Shown: positions 10,283-21,849, counted from the first letter of the stretch. The stretch: DNA of 64,000 nt from Candidatus Multivorans sp. (GCA_965224025.1 OZ245033.1:2880001-2944000); one strand, 5' to 3'. Made by a program: numbers and translations. The notes: generated from the letters alone by a model not told the origin.

Positions 10283-11542
10283 CTACGGTCCCAACGCGCC
10301 GATCGGAACGACCCCTAGGTCGTTCCTCCCGGTGTAGCCGTAGCCGTTGGGCACGATGACCGCGAGGGCCGAAGGCTCGCTCGGCGTGTCTCTCATGGCC
10401 CGTGGAGCCCGCTGGGCCAGTCGGAGCAGGTTCCTGGCGCCCTCGTCGACCCCGCGCTGGCCGAGCTTGATTTCGAACGCGGCCCAGCGGCCGTCGGCGG
10501 CCTCGACGACTGCGTCGACTTCCAGCCCGCCTTTCTCCCGGTAGTGGAAGACCTCCGCGTCGTTGGCCTGTGCATAGATCCTGAGGTCGCGGACGACGAG
10601 AGACTCGAACAGAAGGCCCAGGAAGCGCAGATCGTCCAACAGGCGGTTTGGCGTAGCCCGAAGCACGGCTACGGCCAGCGACGGATCGACGAAGTGGCGT
10701 TTGGGGGCTTCACGAAGAATGGCCCGCGAGCGCAGGTGAGGCGACCAGGCCGGTTGGTCCTCGATGACCATGAGCTGTTCCAGTGCGTCCAGGTAGCCTG
10801 CGGCGGTTTCGGGCTTCATCGTGATCTGGCGGGCGCCCACATCGGCGGCCAGCCTGGAAAGCGTCACTTCCGTCGCGGTGTTCCGGGCGAGCGAGCGCAG
10901 AAGCCGGCCGACCCGGATCGGGTCTGCCCGGCGTTCGGCGACTCTGGAGACGTCCGTACGGCGTATCTCGTTCAGGTAGCCCAGGTTCAATCGCATGGCT
11001 TCGCGCGTCAACCGGCCGTGGTTGGCCGGCCAACCTCCGATGGCCACGAGTTCGGCAAGTTCCGGAATACTGAGTGAGGACGCATCGGCTCCCTGGGGCG
11101 AACGGTTCAGCAGCTCAGCGAGAGAGATCTCGCCGCTGGAATGGCCGGATTCGAAGAGCGACAGAGGCCGCATTCGGATACGAGTGAAACGCCCGGCGCC
11201 TGAATGCCGCGTCACATCGTCGGCAGGCACGGCGGAGCCGGTGAGAATGAACTGGCCGGAGTCGGCCCGGTCGTCGACCGCGCGACGAACGTGGTTCCAG
11301 ATCGAGGGTTCGAGTTGCCATTCGTCGATCAGCCGCGGCGTTGCGCCGGCGAGCGCGGTGGCGGGATCCACGCTTGCGAGTTGCCGCGCGTTGCGGTCGG
11401 TATCGAGGAGAACCTCGCTTGCAGCCTTCTGTCTGGCGGTGGCGGTCTTGCCGCAGGCTTTGGGACCTTCCATGACGACGGCGCCGGTAGCGGCCAGACA
11501 CTCGTCGAGTTCCGTCTCGACAATTCGCGGAAGGTAGTTCAT
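10283..11542 (-). CDS. AAA_14 ATPase + DUF4143 protein
   Basis: GPKACGKT, RLIDEWQ, FILTGS, PKRHFVDPSL, GLLFES, EVDAVV...AFEIK. Confidence 0.9.
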   Translation of the reverse strand: MNYLPRIVETELDECLAATGAVVMEGPKACGKTATARQKAASEVLLDTDRNARQLASVDPATALAGATPRLIDEWQLEPSIWNHVRRAVDDRADSGQFILTGSAVPADDVTRHSGAGRFTRIRMRPLSLFESGHSSGEISLAELLNRSPQGADASSLSIPELAELVAIGGWPANHGRLTREAMRLNLGYLNEIRRTDVSRVAERRADPIRVGRLLRSLARNTATEVTLSRLAADVGARQITMKPETAAGYLDALEQLMVIEDQPAWSPHLRSRAILREAPKRHFVDPSLAVAVLRATPNRLLDDLRFLGLLFESLVVRDLRIYAQANDAEVFHYREKGGLEVDAVVEAADGRWAAFEIKLGQRGVDEGARNLLRLAQRAPRAMRDTPSEPSALAVIVPNGYGYTGRNDLGVVPIGALGP

Positions 11543-11547
11543 CGAAC

Positions 11548-11708
11548 AAGTCCAGCGGGTGATGTGGACAAAGTGCAGCGGGTGAAACGGACAAAGTCCA
11601 GAGGGGTAAACGGGCAGAGTTTAGCGGGTGATACGGACGAAGTCCAGCGGGCGATACGGACAAGCCACAGCGGGTGAAACGGACGAGTTCCGGCGGATGA
11701 AACGGCCG
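11548..11708. repeat. Seven head-to-tail degenerate 23-bp repeats (consensus ~AAGTCCAGCGGGTGAAACGGACA)
   Basis: Units start at 11548, 11571, 11594, 11617, 11640, 11663 and 11686; no spacers. Confidence 0.9.
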
Positions 11709-11742
11709 GCGCCCCCTGTCGACGGGCGTAGGCTGCGACGTG

Positions 11743-13311
11743 CTACGTCTGCGGTCGCAGGTCGTAGGCCACGGCTTCGCGGTCGTTCCTCACCAGCAGG
11801 ACGCCGTCGGCGATTGCCGGGTTGTTCCAGGTCCGGCCCGGCACGGCCGGCAGGGCGGCGACCTCCTGGTGGCCTTCGGGGGTGGCGCGCACCAGGACGA
11901 GGTGGCCGCGTTCGGTGGTGATCACCAAGTGGCCGGAGGCAAGCAAGACCTGACCGTGGCCGTAGCGGCCGCCCTTCCAGACGCGGTCGCCGGTGGCCGG
12001 GTCGATGCAGGCGAGGATGCCTTCGTCGAGACCGTAGATGTAGCCCTCGTGGAGCACGGAACTCGAGAACTTGTTCTTCATCGCGTTGCTGAACCAGATC
12101 TCGTTCACTGTGGCGGTGTTGGCGTCGACATCCGCTTCGACCTCGAGCATCGCGGCGCCGTGGCCGTAGCCCGACGACACGAACACGCGATTCGGCGCGA
12201 CCTGCAGCGGCTGCGCGGCGTTGATCCCGTTCATCGTCGCCCAGGGCCGCGTCCAGTAGGTACGGCTGCCGTCGGTGGCCAGCGAGATGACCTGGTCGCC
12301 ACCGATCAGGACGATCTGCGGCAGACCGTCCAGGGTGAAAACCGCCGGCGCGGTGTAGGCGCCCTGGGCGTCGAGCGCCCGCCAGCGGATGGCGCCGGTG
12401 GCGAGCTCGTAGGCGATCACCGCGCCATTCGGGCCGCCGGGTGCGGTGAGCACGGCGTCGCCCATGATCGAGGGCGACGCCGCCATGCCCCAGACCAGGT
12501 TGGTGGAGCCCGCGTCGTCGAGGATGTTCGTGCGCCAGATCCCTTCGCCCGTGGCCGCGTCGATCGCCCGGAATTCGCCTGTGGCGCCGAGCGCGAACAG
12601 CGTGCCGCCGTGAAGAGCTGGTGTAGCTCGAGGACCGTCGCCGCCCATGGTCTCCTCGAAGCGGGCGTCCCAGCTCACCGACCAGCGTTCGACGCCGGCC
12701 AGGACATCGTAGGCCGCGACGACCTCCTGTTCGCGGCGCTGCTCGATCGTGTAGGCGAGTCCGTGGCCGACAACGAAGGAGGCGTAGCCGCCGCCGACGG
12801 GAATTCGCCACAGTTCGGGTGGGCCGGCCTTGGGCCAGACGGTGTTGATCGGCTCGGGATAGCGGCCGTCCATGTGGAGGCCCCGGTAGTAAGGCCAGGC
12901 GCCGGCGGGAAGAGCTTCTTCGACCGTCGGATCCGGTTCGGGTGCGTCTTCAAGCAGGTCTGTTTCGGCGACGGCGGCTGGGGCGGCGGCCTCGTTCGCT
13001 TGCGCGGCGTCGTCGCTGCGGTCGGCCTCGGACCTCGGAGCGTTGTCGCCGTCGGGGGCCTCGGGCGGTTCCGGTTGCTCCGGATCGGCGACCGGGGCGA
13101 CTTCCGCGCTCCGGTCCCGATGGGCCTCCAGGGCGCGGTAGTGCCGGTCCTCGTGGTGGAAGTCCAGTTGCGGCATGAAGTTGCCCGTCATCTGGAGGTG
13201 CATTCCGGTGGTCAGGTTCAGCACCAGCGCCAGACCGGCCAGACCGACGACGGTGATGCCGGTCCACTTCAGAAAGGCGAGAAATCGTCTGGGTTTGCGG
13301 GTTTTGGTCAT
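11743..13311 (-). CDS. PQQ-like beta-propeller (BamB-like) membrane-anchored protein
   Basis: N-terminal TM, WPYYRG, GPRATP, repeated D/A-x-x-TG-x-x-x-W blades, TWNNPAI. Confidence 0.88.
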   Translation of the reverse strand: MTKTRKPRRFLAFLKWTGITVVGLAGLALVLNLTTGMHLQMTGNFMPQLDFHHEDRHYRALEAHRDRSAEVAPVADPEQPEPPEAPDGDNAPRSEADRSDDAAQANEAAAPAAVAETDLLEDAPEPDPTVEEALPAGAWPYYRGLHMDGRYPEPINTVWPKAGPPELWRIPVGGGYASFVVGHGLAYTIEQRREQEVVAAYDVLAGVERWSVSWDARFEETMGGDGPRATPALHGGTLFALGATGEFRAIDAATGEGIWRTNILDDAGSTNLVWGMAASPSIMGDAVLTAPGGPNGAVIAYELATGAIRWRALDAQGAYTAPAVFTLDGLPQIVLIGGDQVISLATDGSRTYWTRPWATMNGINAAQPLQVAPNRVFVSSGYGHGAAMLEVEADVDANTATVNEIWFSNAMKNKFSSSVLHEGYIYGLDEGILACIDPATGDRVWKGGRYGHGQVLLASGHLVITTERGHLVLVRATPEGHQEVAALPAVPGRTWNNPAIADGVLLVRNDREAVAYDLRPQT

Positions 13312-13350
13312 TGCTGGCCCATCCTACTGGCTGGTTTCTGTTCTTGAGCC

Positions 13351-13411
13351 GGATGCGGGCGAGACGCCCGCGTTTCCAGGGGACGGAGCCCGGATGCGGG
13401 CGAGACGCCCG
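13351..13411. repeat. REP-like palindromes (2 copies)
   Basis: GGATGCGGGCGAGACGCCCG at 13351 and 13392; same family at 27.2-27.4, 37.4-37.5 and 60.6 kb. Confidence 0.75.
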
Positions 13412-13446
13412 GGTGTCATCCGTGCACCTGCTGACAGGCGCACGGA

Positions 13447-14643
13447 GTGGTTCGCGGGTGCTCGTTGGTACTCTCCCGATCCGCTGTGAAGGCACCCAGT
13501 ACCCACCTCCGCTTCTCGCCCGCCGTTCTACCCGAGACTGCCGCGGACCTTCGTTTGGGGGTCCGCGATCTACTGGAAGAGACGCGCGCCGCCGGCGTCT
13601 GGTTAGCGGACGGACTCTCGTGGTGGGGCCGCAACCCGGAGCTCAGCCGGGCACTCGGTGAGGCGCGGTTCATCGGCATGACCTGGCCGCGGCGGTACGG
13701 CGGCTCCGAGCGGAGCTGCCTCGAGCGCTACGTGGTCACCGAGGAACTGCTGGCGGCGGGTGCGCCGACCGCGTTCCACTGGTTCGCCGACCGGCAGATC
13801 GGTCCGAGCATCCTGCGTTTCGGCACCGATCAGCAGAAGCAACGCTTCCTGCCACACATCGCCCGCGGCGAGCTTTCCTTCGCGGTCGGCATGAGCGAGC
13901 CGGACTCGGGTTCGGACTTGGCTTCGATCCGTACTCGCGCCGAACGGGCCGACGGCGGCTGGCGGGTCAACGGATCGAAGATCTGGACCTCCTATGCGCA
14001 CCAGGCGGAGTACTGCGTCGCCCTGATCCGTACCGCGCCGAAGTCGGACAAGCGGCATGCCGGGATGAGCCAGGTCATCATCGACCTCAGGCACTCGAAC
14101 GGGATCACGGTCCGTCCGATCATCGATCTGCCCGGCCGCCACGACTTCAACGAGGTCTTCTTCGAGGACACCTTCGTGCCCGACGACTGCCTGCTCGGCA
14201 ATCCCGGCGACGGCTGGGCGCAGGTGATGTCCGAGTTGGCCTACGAGCGCAGCGGTCCCGAGCGGTTCCTCACCAACTTCCATCTGCTGCGGGCGCTGGT
14301 CGAAGTGCTGGGCGAGAGTGCTTCGCCAGCGTCCCGGCGCGAGACGGGGCGGCTGGTCAGCCGGCTCTGGGCGCTGCGCGCCGCTTCGATCTCCGTGGCG
14401 GCAGCGCTCGAGGCCGGCGGTACGCCAAATGTCGAGTCGGCCCTGGTCAAGGACCTCGGCACGAACTTCCAGCAGGAACTGTCGGAGGCAGCGCGACGGA
14501 TCGCGGCGGACGAGGGGTTAGTCGATCGGACGCTCCTCGACGTCCTGCAGCAGGTGGTCATGGCGGCGCCCTCCTACACGATCCAGGGCGGCGCGACCGA
14601 GATTCTGCGAGGCATCGTCGCCCGCGGTTTGAGGTTGCGATGA
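13447..14643 (+). CDS. Acyl-CoA dehydrogenase
   Basis: GMSEPDSGSDLAS, VNGSKIWTS, FNEVFFEDTFVP, YTIQGGATEILR; true start may be GTG 13486. Confidence 0.92.
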   Translation: MVRGCSLVLSRSAVKAPSTHLRFSPAVLPETAADLRLGVRDLLEETRAAGVWLADGLSWWGRNPELSRALGEARFIGMTWPRRYGGSERSCLERYVVTEELLAAGAPTAFHWFADRQIGPSILRFGTDQQKQRFLPHIARGELSFAVGMSEPDSGSDLASIRTRAERADGGWRVNGSKIWTSYAHQAEYCVALIRTAPKSDKRHAGMSQVIIDLRHSNGITVRPIIDLPGRHDFNEVFFEDTFVPDDCLLGNPGDGWAQVMSELAYERSGPERFLTNFHLLRALVEVLGESASPASRRETGRLVSRLWALRAASISVAAALEAGGTPNVESALVKDLGTNFQQELSEAARRIAADEGLVDRTLLDVLQQVVMAAPSYTIQGGATEILRGIVARGLRLR

Positions 14644-15716
14644 GCGCACCCCGGTGGCGCGATCCGCGCCAGTCCGCGAACCAGTCCGAGCGCCCGTCTT
14701 CGGGCGCTCGGATGGCGTTGCGTCAGCTCCTGCTCGACACGGCACTACGGTTGTTCGAGGCGGCAACGGAAGACGAGGTGTTCGAAGGCGTCGAGTCCGG
14801 CCGCTTCCCGGTCGACCACTGGCGGGCGATCGAGGAGAACGGCCTGGCGGACATGCTGCTGCCCGAAGCGGCCGGCGGGGCCGGTGTCGACCTCGGTGAC
14901 GCGATGGCCGTGGCGCGGGCGGCGGGGGCATTCGCCCTACCGTTGCCGCTCGTTGAGACGATGATCGGGCGGCGGGTGCTGGCAGGCGCCGGACTCGAGG
15001 CGCCGTCAGGGCCGTTGGGACTCGTCAGCGGCGCCGGCGCGCGGGAGGTGCTCTGGCCGGACGAGATCGCGGCCGTGGTCGTCGCCGATGGCGCCGGCGG
15101 CGTGGGGTGGATCGCCGCCGGCGCGGTCGGCTTTGAGCGCCGCACGAACAGCGCAGGCGAACCGGTGGGGCTCTTGGGCCCGCCGCCGCCGATTCCGGGA
15201 GGGCAGGCGGGCAGCCTGGGCCCAGGGCCGGCTCCCTCGGTCCTGATGGCAGCCGCGCGCAGCGCGATGATCGCCGGCGCGATGGAGCGCATCCTCGATC
15301 TGACGATCGAGCACGTGCAGGGCCGGGTCCAGTTCGGGCGGCCGCTGGCCCGCTTTCAGGCCGTGCAGCAACTGGTTGCCGTCATGGCGAGTCAAGCGGC
15401 TGTGGTCGGTGTCGCGTCGGATACCGCGATCGCGGCCATCGAGGAGGAGTTGGAGGGCGGCAGGGGCGACGCCACCTTCATGGTCGCGTGCGCGAAGGCC
15501 CGCGCCAGCGAGGCCTGCTACGAGGTCACCCGCATCGCCCACCAGCTCCACGGCGCGATCGGCTACACGCGTGAGCACGATCTGCACCGGTTCACCCGCC
15601 GGCTCTGGGCCTGGCGGGACGCCGACGGAGACGAGGGCTATTGGCAGCAGAAGGTCGGCTCGATGGCGGTTGACGCCGGCGGCGACAGCCTCTGGCCGCT
15701 ACTCGTTGGCGCGTAG
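14640..15716 (+). CDS. Acyl-CoA dehydrogenase, short partner subunit
   Basis: RVQFGRPLARFQAVQ, HQLHGAIGYTREHDLH; true start possibly 14712. Confidence 0.88.
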   Translation: MSAPRWRDPRQSANQSERPSSGARMALRQLLLDTALRLFEAATEDEVFEGVESGRFPVDHWRAIEENGLADMLLPEAAGGAGVDLGDAMAVARAAGAFALPLPLVETMIGRRVLAGAGLEAPSGPLGLVSGAGAREVLWPDEIAAVVVADGAGGVGWIAAGAVGFERRTNSAGEPVGLLGPPPPIPGGQAGSLGPGPAPSVLMAAARSAMIAGAMERILDLTIEHVQGRVQFGRPLARFQAVQQLVAVMASQAAVVGVASDTAIAAIEEELEGGRGDATFMVACAKARASEACYEVTRIAHQLHGAIGYTREHDLHRFTRRLWAWRDADGDEGYWQQKVGSMAVDAGGDSLWPLLVGA

Positions 15717-15849
15717 CGCCGCCAAACACGTCGCAGACTCCGTGTTTCGCCCCAGCCCCCACCTCACCAGGAGGCTGCGCCGCACCACTCACTCCGGTCG
15801 TTCTGCGGCGCAGCCTCCTGGTCGTCGCCCGCAACGACAGACTTTGGCG

Positions 15850-16301
15850 CACACCGAGCCTTGGGAGTTCGCGCCCGGCACCCTGCTCTGCTACCTCGCG
15901 GCGCCCGACAACGTGAGCATCGAATTGGTTGAAGCGAAGTCGAAGTAGGGTGAGATTGATGGATCAGTCGCGCGGGAACGGGCCGCTTCGAGGTGCCGGA
16001 AGGCGAACGGTTCGGCGGCCTGGGGCGCACGATCTCTCTTGAGATGTGCGGCCAGTTCTTCCACGGCAACGCGAGCTACCACACCGACAAGGAAGCGTCC
16101 CGCGAACTCGGCTTCCAGGACGTGGTGGTGGGCGGCCGGATGACGATGGGCTACGTCGGCCACATTCTGGAAGAGCGCTTCGGCAAGGCGTGGTGGCGGA
16201 GCGGTTCCTTCGATCTCAAGTTCACGAACCCGGTCTGGCCTGGGGACACGATCACCGTCAACGGCGTGGTGACCGGTTCTGCTGTGCGGCGACGGACGTA
16301 G
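15850..16301 (+). pseudogene. VOC-family C-terminal fragment followed by a MaoC dehydratase fragment
   Basis: LCYLAAPDNVSIELVE*, then YHTDKEASRELGFQDVVVGG...DLKFTNPVWPGDTITV. Confidence 0.6.
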
Positions 16302-16304
16302 CGC

Positions 16305-17750
16305 TCAGATCGAGAGCGGCGGCGATCTCCGGCTTATCACTGCGCTTGGCGGCGTACCGTAAGCCGTGTTGCCGTGGGTGTCGATCGCACTCGGGTCGGC
16401 ACCGGCCCGGATCAGCGTGTCTAGAACGCGGACGTCCCCGGCCTTCGCGGCCGCATAGTGCGGGGGCGTTCCGCCCCGCTTGTCCGGAGCCTGAACCTCG
16501 AGCCCGACGCGGATCAGGGCGGTGATCACGTCGACATCGTGACCGAGTTGCACGCTCGAGTCGTACTCGGAGCCGACGCGATTGCGCGCTGCGTAGTGCA
16601 GTGGTGTTGCGCCGCTGCCGTCCGTCGCGTGCACGTCGGCGCCGGCTGCGATCAACGCTTCCATTGGACCGGGGTCGAAGCTTCGCTCCGAGGCGTAGTG
16701 GAGTGGAGTGGTGTCGCGCCGCTTGTGTCCGTGGCGTTGACGTCCGCCTCGAGAGTGAGCAGGGCACTGAGACGGTCGAACGTGGAGAAGTGATTGGAGT
16801 ACCCGGGCCCACATCCGATTCCTCCGCTGGTGTGCCGCGCCGCGATGTGTAGCGGCGTCCGGCCGTCTTTGTCCCTTGCCTCAAGGTCCGCGCTGGCCTC
16901 GGCCAGAGTCAGGAGCATGTCGACCCCCGAATGTTGAGCGGCCTGGTGCGTGGGCGTGCGGCCCTGGTCGTTCCTGGCGTCGACATCGGCCCCCGAGTGG
17001 AGGAGTGCCTCCATGATCTCGAGGCTGCCTCCGGCATGCCTTGAACCGGTCGCCAGGTGTAGCGGCGTGTTGCCCGCGCGGTCCCTGGCGTTCACCGGGA
17101 ACCCGAGACGAATCAGGGCCTCTACGGTTTCCGTCCCCTCCCTGGAGTGAGCCGGTTCGGCAGCAAGCAGCAAGATGCAAGAGGGTGCGTCCCTTGCGAT
17201 CTCTGGCGTTGGAGTCGGCGCCGGCGAAGATCAAGGCTTCCGCGGCGGCCAGGCTATTGCGTCGGACCGCATACTGGAGTGGAGAACGCCCGCCATTGTC
17301 GGTGGCGTAGTGGAGGAGTGTTCGGCCGTCCCCGTTCTTCACGTCGACATGCGCGCCAGCATCCAGCAGCAGGGCTAGAACCTCCTGATGGCGACTGAAC
17401 TCGGCGGCTTTCAGGACAGGAGTGCGCCCCCGATCGTCGCGGGCGTCGACGACCGCGCCAGCCAGGAGCAGGGCCGCGACGATCCGCGGATCCTCACTCC
17501 ATGCCGCGGCTTCATGCAGGGGCGTGTATCCGTACTGGCCGCGGTTGTTGACAGGGCTTCCGGCGTCGAGCAGAAGCCGCACCGTTTCCAGCCCGGCTCT
17601 TGGGCGGTGTAGAGGAGTGTCGCCATCGCCATCTCTCGCGCTGGCATCGGCGCCATGGGTGAGCAGGAGCCGGACCATCGGCGCCAGATCGCCGACGTCG
17701 CCTCCCCAGCGCTCCGCTCTCACCACTTCATGGAGGGGTGTCGTGCCCAA
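16305..17750 (-). pseudogene. Ankyrin-repeat protein, frameshifted and 5'-truncated
   Basis: More than ten GxTPLHxA...GADVNARD repeats over three frames. Confidence 0.85.
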
Positions 17751-19618
17751 GTCGCAGCAGGCAATAGACGTAGGCGGCAAAGAGCTCCGGCGTCACCGCA
17801 CGGCCGTAGGCGGCGCCTAGCCGTTTGAGCAACCCGGGCAGCAGGTCCGGTTCGGAGGCGTCGGCGGTGCGGTAGAGGGGGATCGCGTTCTTGGCGCCGT
17901 AGGAGCCGCGGAAGTGGTGCAAGTCCGGTATTGGCGCCGAGGCCGTGACGGCAGGGCCCCCTCCCAAGGGTTGGCTGAGCATGGTGGTCAGGTAGAGCTG
18001 CTGCGGTCCGTCCGACCGCCAGAGAGCGGGGCGGGGCCGGGACATCAGCCGGGCGTCGGCGAGAATCCACTGACGATCAAAGGAGCGGTAGCCGTAGCGG
18101 CGGGAAGGCGGCGGTGCCGCGCCGACCGAAACCTCCGCGATCGGCGTCGAGTCGGCGGAGGTGCTCCACGTCGTGCCGTACCGGCGGTCGATCTTCCGGT
18201 CGCCGGTTTCGCGGAAGGCGCGGCCCCGGTCAGGGGCCGAGCTGCGGCGGTTTGGCTCGTGGACTCTCAAGGGTGTCCGTGAGGTAGATTCTCGTACCCT
18301 GCGGCAGGAGTTCGCCGCCTGCGCCGGCGAGGGCCTGACTGACTCTCAGCTCGGCAACCGCGTAGGCGCCGACGATCCGCTCGAAGCCGTGAAGGTTGCG
18401 GGCCAACTCCGTGGCGTGACCCCGCGTTGCGCCCGGTCCCTCGAACTCGGCGAGGCGATCGAGCGTGTGTTCGATCACTCCCAGCAGATAGGTGCCGGTC
18501 CCCGCAGCGGGGTCGAGGGTCGACACGGTCGGATCCGCGAAGCCGTGCCGACGCCCGAGGCGACGGACCAGCAGGTCGTCGATCAGCCGCACTTGGGTGC
18601 GGACCACCTCGACCGGCGTGTAGTAGACGCCGGCATCCTTGCGAAGCTTCGGATCGTAGGCCGCGAGGAAGTCCTCGTAGAAGTAGAGCCAGGGATCCGT
18701 CGCCGTGCTCAAGGCGGAGGCCGGAAGCGCGCCGATCAGTCGCAGAAGGGTGCATAGCGAAGTGTCGAGCGTGTCGGCGATGTTCCCGTCGGTCAGGAGT
18801 TCGAGGGCGCGCGACAGGAGGCTGTGCTGGGAGAGAAGGGCGCCCTGGGCGCTCTCCAAGGTGAGCGGATCGGCGCCCAGGCTGCGCCCGAGCAGCATCG
18901 CGAAAGCAACAGTCTGGGCGTACGCGTCGGCGAACGCCGCGTTGGAGGCCTGTGGAAACAACAACTCCCGCCAGTCCGTCCTCAACCGTTCGAGAGGAAG
19001 GGCGGGATCGCCGAGCGCGTCGATGACCTCGTCGCGCAGGAGGCGGCAAAGCGGGGCGAGTTCCTCCGCGAACCGGGCGAGATCGATGTCGCCGCCAGCG
19101 GTTGTCGGCACGATCGGCGCCCAGGCGAGGAAGTTCTGAAACAGGGGCGCGAGGGATCGGGCGTCTTCCCGAGCAACCGCGTTTCCCCCGCTCTCGACCA
19201 CATTCCCGGCGAACCGGACGACGCTGCCTCCAAGATCTCCGCGACGATAGAGGGCCCACTCAGTCCCGTCCGTGTAGAGAACATTGGGGAGCGACGAGAA
19301 TCGTTCGAACTGCTCGCGGTCGCGGCCCTTGAAGTGCTCCTTCCGCGCACCGCGTCCGGGTGCCTTGAGCTCGGCGTAGCCGGTCAGCAGGCCGTCCCGG
19401 TGGACGGCGAAGTCGGGACAGCCAAGTCCCGCCGGGAGCTGCGCCTCGCCGCTCGCTACGACCTTCAGCCCCTCGGCGGTACCGACCCGGCTTAGGAGCG
19501 TCTCGAACGGGCCACGGAGCTGATCTTCGGGCTGGCCCCGGCCTGGCGCAGCAGTCTTTGCCTGCACGGCGTTTGCGAATTCGCGGAGGGCCTCGTGGAT
19601 AGGGTCGGTGAAGGACAT
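17750..19618 (-). pseudogene. Type ISP (N6-methylase) restriction-modification enzyme with a large internal deletion
   Basis: YFYEDFLAAYDPKLRKDAGVYYTP and LDPAAGTGTYL, then a jump to C-terminal YGYRSFDRQWILADARL...DLHHFRGSYG; the NPPY region is missing. Confidence 0.85.
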
Positions 19619-19699
19619 TGGACCGCGGATCCGCCTGTCGGAGTTTAGTCTGCGGATACGGTCCGGCGGCGGTTACGATCGACGAGCGAGCGAATGACG

Positions 19700-20319
19700 G
19701 CAAACTGCGGATCATGGACGTGATCACCCAGGTCCCGCGCTGCGCCCTCAGCGCCTACGTGATGGGCGGTGCGGCGCGGAGGACATCCACGCGCCGGATG
19801 ACGAACTGGTCGAGATGGCCCACCAGGAGCGTGAAAGCGACAGCCTGCCCGCGAGCACGCTCGACCTGTGCGCGACGATGGCGCCGGCGGCCGGGCCGGA
19901 CGCCCGCACCGAGAACGGCGGGAACCTCCTGCCCTACCTGCGCGGCGAGATCGAGGAATCGCCCCAGGAGGTCCTCTTCTGGCGGTCCCTGCCCAACGCG
20001 GCAGTCCGTTCGGGCAAGTGGAAGCTGTGGCGGGTCGACCTGACCGACCAGGACTCGGTCTCGGTGCTCAGCCGCGGCGCCCATTTGCTGTCGGAGGAGG
20101 ACTACGCGCCCGTGTCGGCGCATGGCCAGATCACGGTGCTCCACGACTTGGAGGCGGACATCGGCGAGCGGGAGAACGTGGCCGGCCAGCACCGCGAGTC
20201 GTCGAGCGCCTCGAAGCGGCCCTCGCAGCCTGGGAAGCGGAACTGGCGGAGCCGATGTGGACCACCAACGCTCAACGCTGGCCGATCTGCACGGTCAGGC
20301 GATCCAGCTCTACTTCTGA
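19700..20319 (+). pseudogene. D-aminoacylase-like fragment fused to a sulfatase C-terminal fragment
   Basis: MDVITQVPRCALSAYVMG, then STLDLCAT...GGNLLPYLRG...LFWR...AVRSGKWKL...DLEADIGERENVA. Confidence 0.6.
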
Positions 20320-20451
20320 GGCGTTCAAACTGCTCGGCCGCTTGTGGCTCCTTGCATCGTCGTGTTGGCACCACCAGTTGCGGCGTTGGCGATCGCATCA
20401 GACGAAGCAGCCGACGAGTTCGGTGGAAACGCCGGCGCAGCACGGACTGGA

Positions 20452-21607
20452 TCACTGTCGCGTCGATGATGTGCGTGCCGTGGCTACTCGGGCTTGCACT
20501 TCGGCCCACGTTTCAACACCCGTTGGGCCCGGGAGATACATTTCAAGATCCCTGAACATCCGGTGCACCTCCCGTCGAGAAGGCCTTCGAGAACGGATCT
20601 GGTCGTAGAGTGCGTACATTTCCAGGGAAGAGAAGCCGAGACGGACGCACTGGTTGAGGCACAAGAGCGTCGGCGCTGCGTCGTACGTAGGGGGCATGAG
20701 GTGCGGCGATTGACGGGCCGTAATCATGGAGGCGGCGGTAAACAGATGGCCGAGCGCTGGCAGAAGACGCACGAATTTCCTGGCGCTTGTGGACTTCCCG
20801 AGGTCGCGGGGGTTGCCGTCTAAGGCCTGTTGCACGACGTTCAGAGGTTTGCCATTCATCCGCAGATCGAGCGCGTCCGGGAGCTTTGGTGCGGCATAGC
20901 GGACGCGGGCCTTGTCGGTCTTGAGTTTGCTGAAGCGTGAACGTACTCCGCAGCGCTTGGCGGAGACGGCCTTTGGCGTCTTCACCGTCGGCTGAAGCGC
21001 AGAGTCGAGAGACCACGTAGCGGTCAAGGTCCGAGGGAGGCGACGCCTGGTTGTGGACTCGATCAAGTACCTCGGTGAGTGGATCGTCGAGGTCCAAGCA
21101 TTGGTCGGTCTGACTGAAGATCTTGCGCAAGCTGGACCATCTCCGGTCGATCCTCGATTCTGTTTCGTTGAACCCCACTACTTTGCCTGGGATGACGACG
21201 ACGATCCCGGTGGCGTTCTTGCCGGCCCGTCCTGCGCGACCGGCGGCGTTGAGGAGCTGGCCGGGCAACGCACGCATCATTTGGGGTGGGCGGATGAGGA
21301 CTTTCTCGCGTATCGTGTCCGACTGCAGGTGCGCGGCGAGCCAGGAGATCACTTGGAAGACCCAACCGTCGCGGTGCTCAGACGACTGTCCCGGTCCGAC
21401 GCTTAGGAGCTTTCGGGCACCTTGGAAGCCGGCAGGGGTCGGCCCGGAAGGGCTATAGCCGGTCTCGTGGAGGATCCTCTCGACGGTCGCGACTTGGCCT
21501 GTCGCGACGCGGGCGAGCATACTCGCCAGTTCCGCTTCGTTCCTGACGGTCCACTTGGAACCGTGCCATCTTTGGCCTGTGCCGATCGGGGTAAAGGACA
21601 GGGGCAT
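20452..21607 (-). pseudogene. Hachiman-like remnant (HamA-like N-terminus fused to SF2 helicase C-terminal pieces)
   Basis: MPLSFTP...HRDGWVFQVISW joined in frame to helicase motif VI LLNAAGRAGRAG; the HamA assignment is by resemblance only. Confidence 0.5.
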
Positions 21608-21849
21608 GACTTGGTCTGATCGTCCTGCGGAAGCAGGCGTGCGAGGTGTTGCCTTACAGCGTGCGGGTGACCTAGCCTTACGATGTCCTTCACGGGGAAC
21701 CAGTGGAGCCGAGCGGTTGACCGCTACACGCGGTGGGGCATCAGGGCACGGGTTGGCGATCCAGTCGGCACGAATCTGGTTGAACGACAGTATGTCTCCG
21801 CATGCTGTGCCAGGCAAGGCGTAGCTTCTGGCCCTCTTTCCTTCAGGTT

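Noticed and set aside
11548-11708. CRISPR array
   Set aside because: Units are head-to-tail with no unique spacers, the repeats are degenerate, and there are no cas genes.
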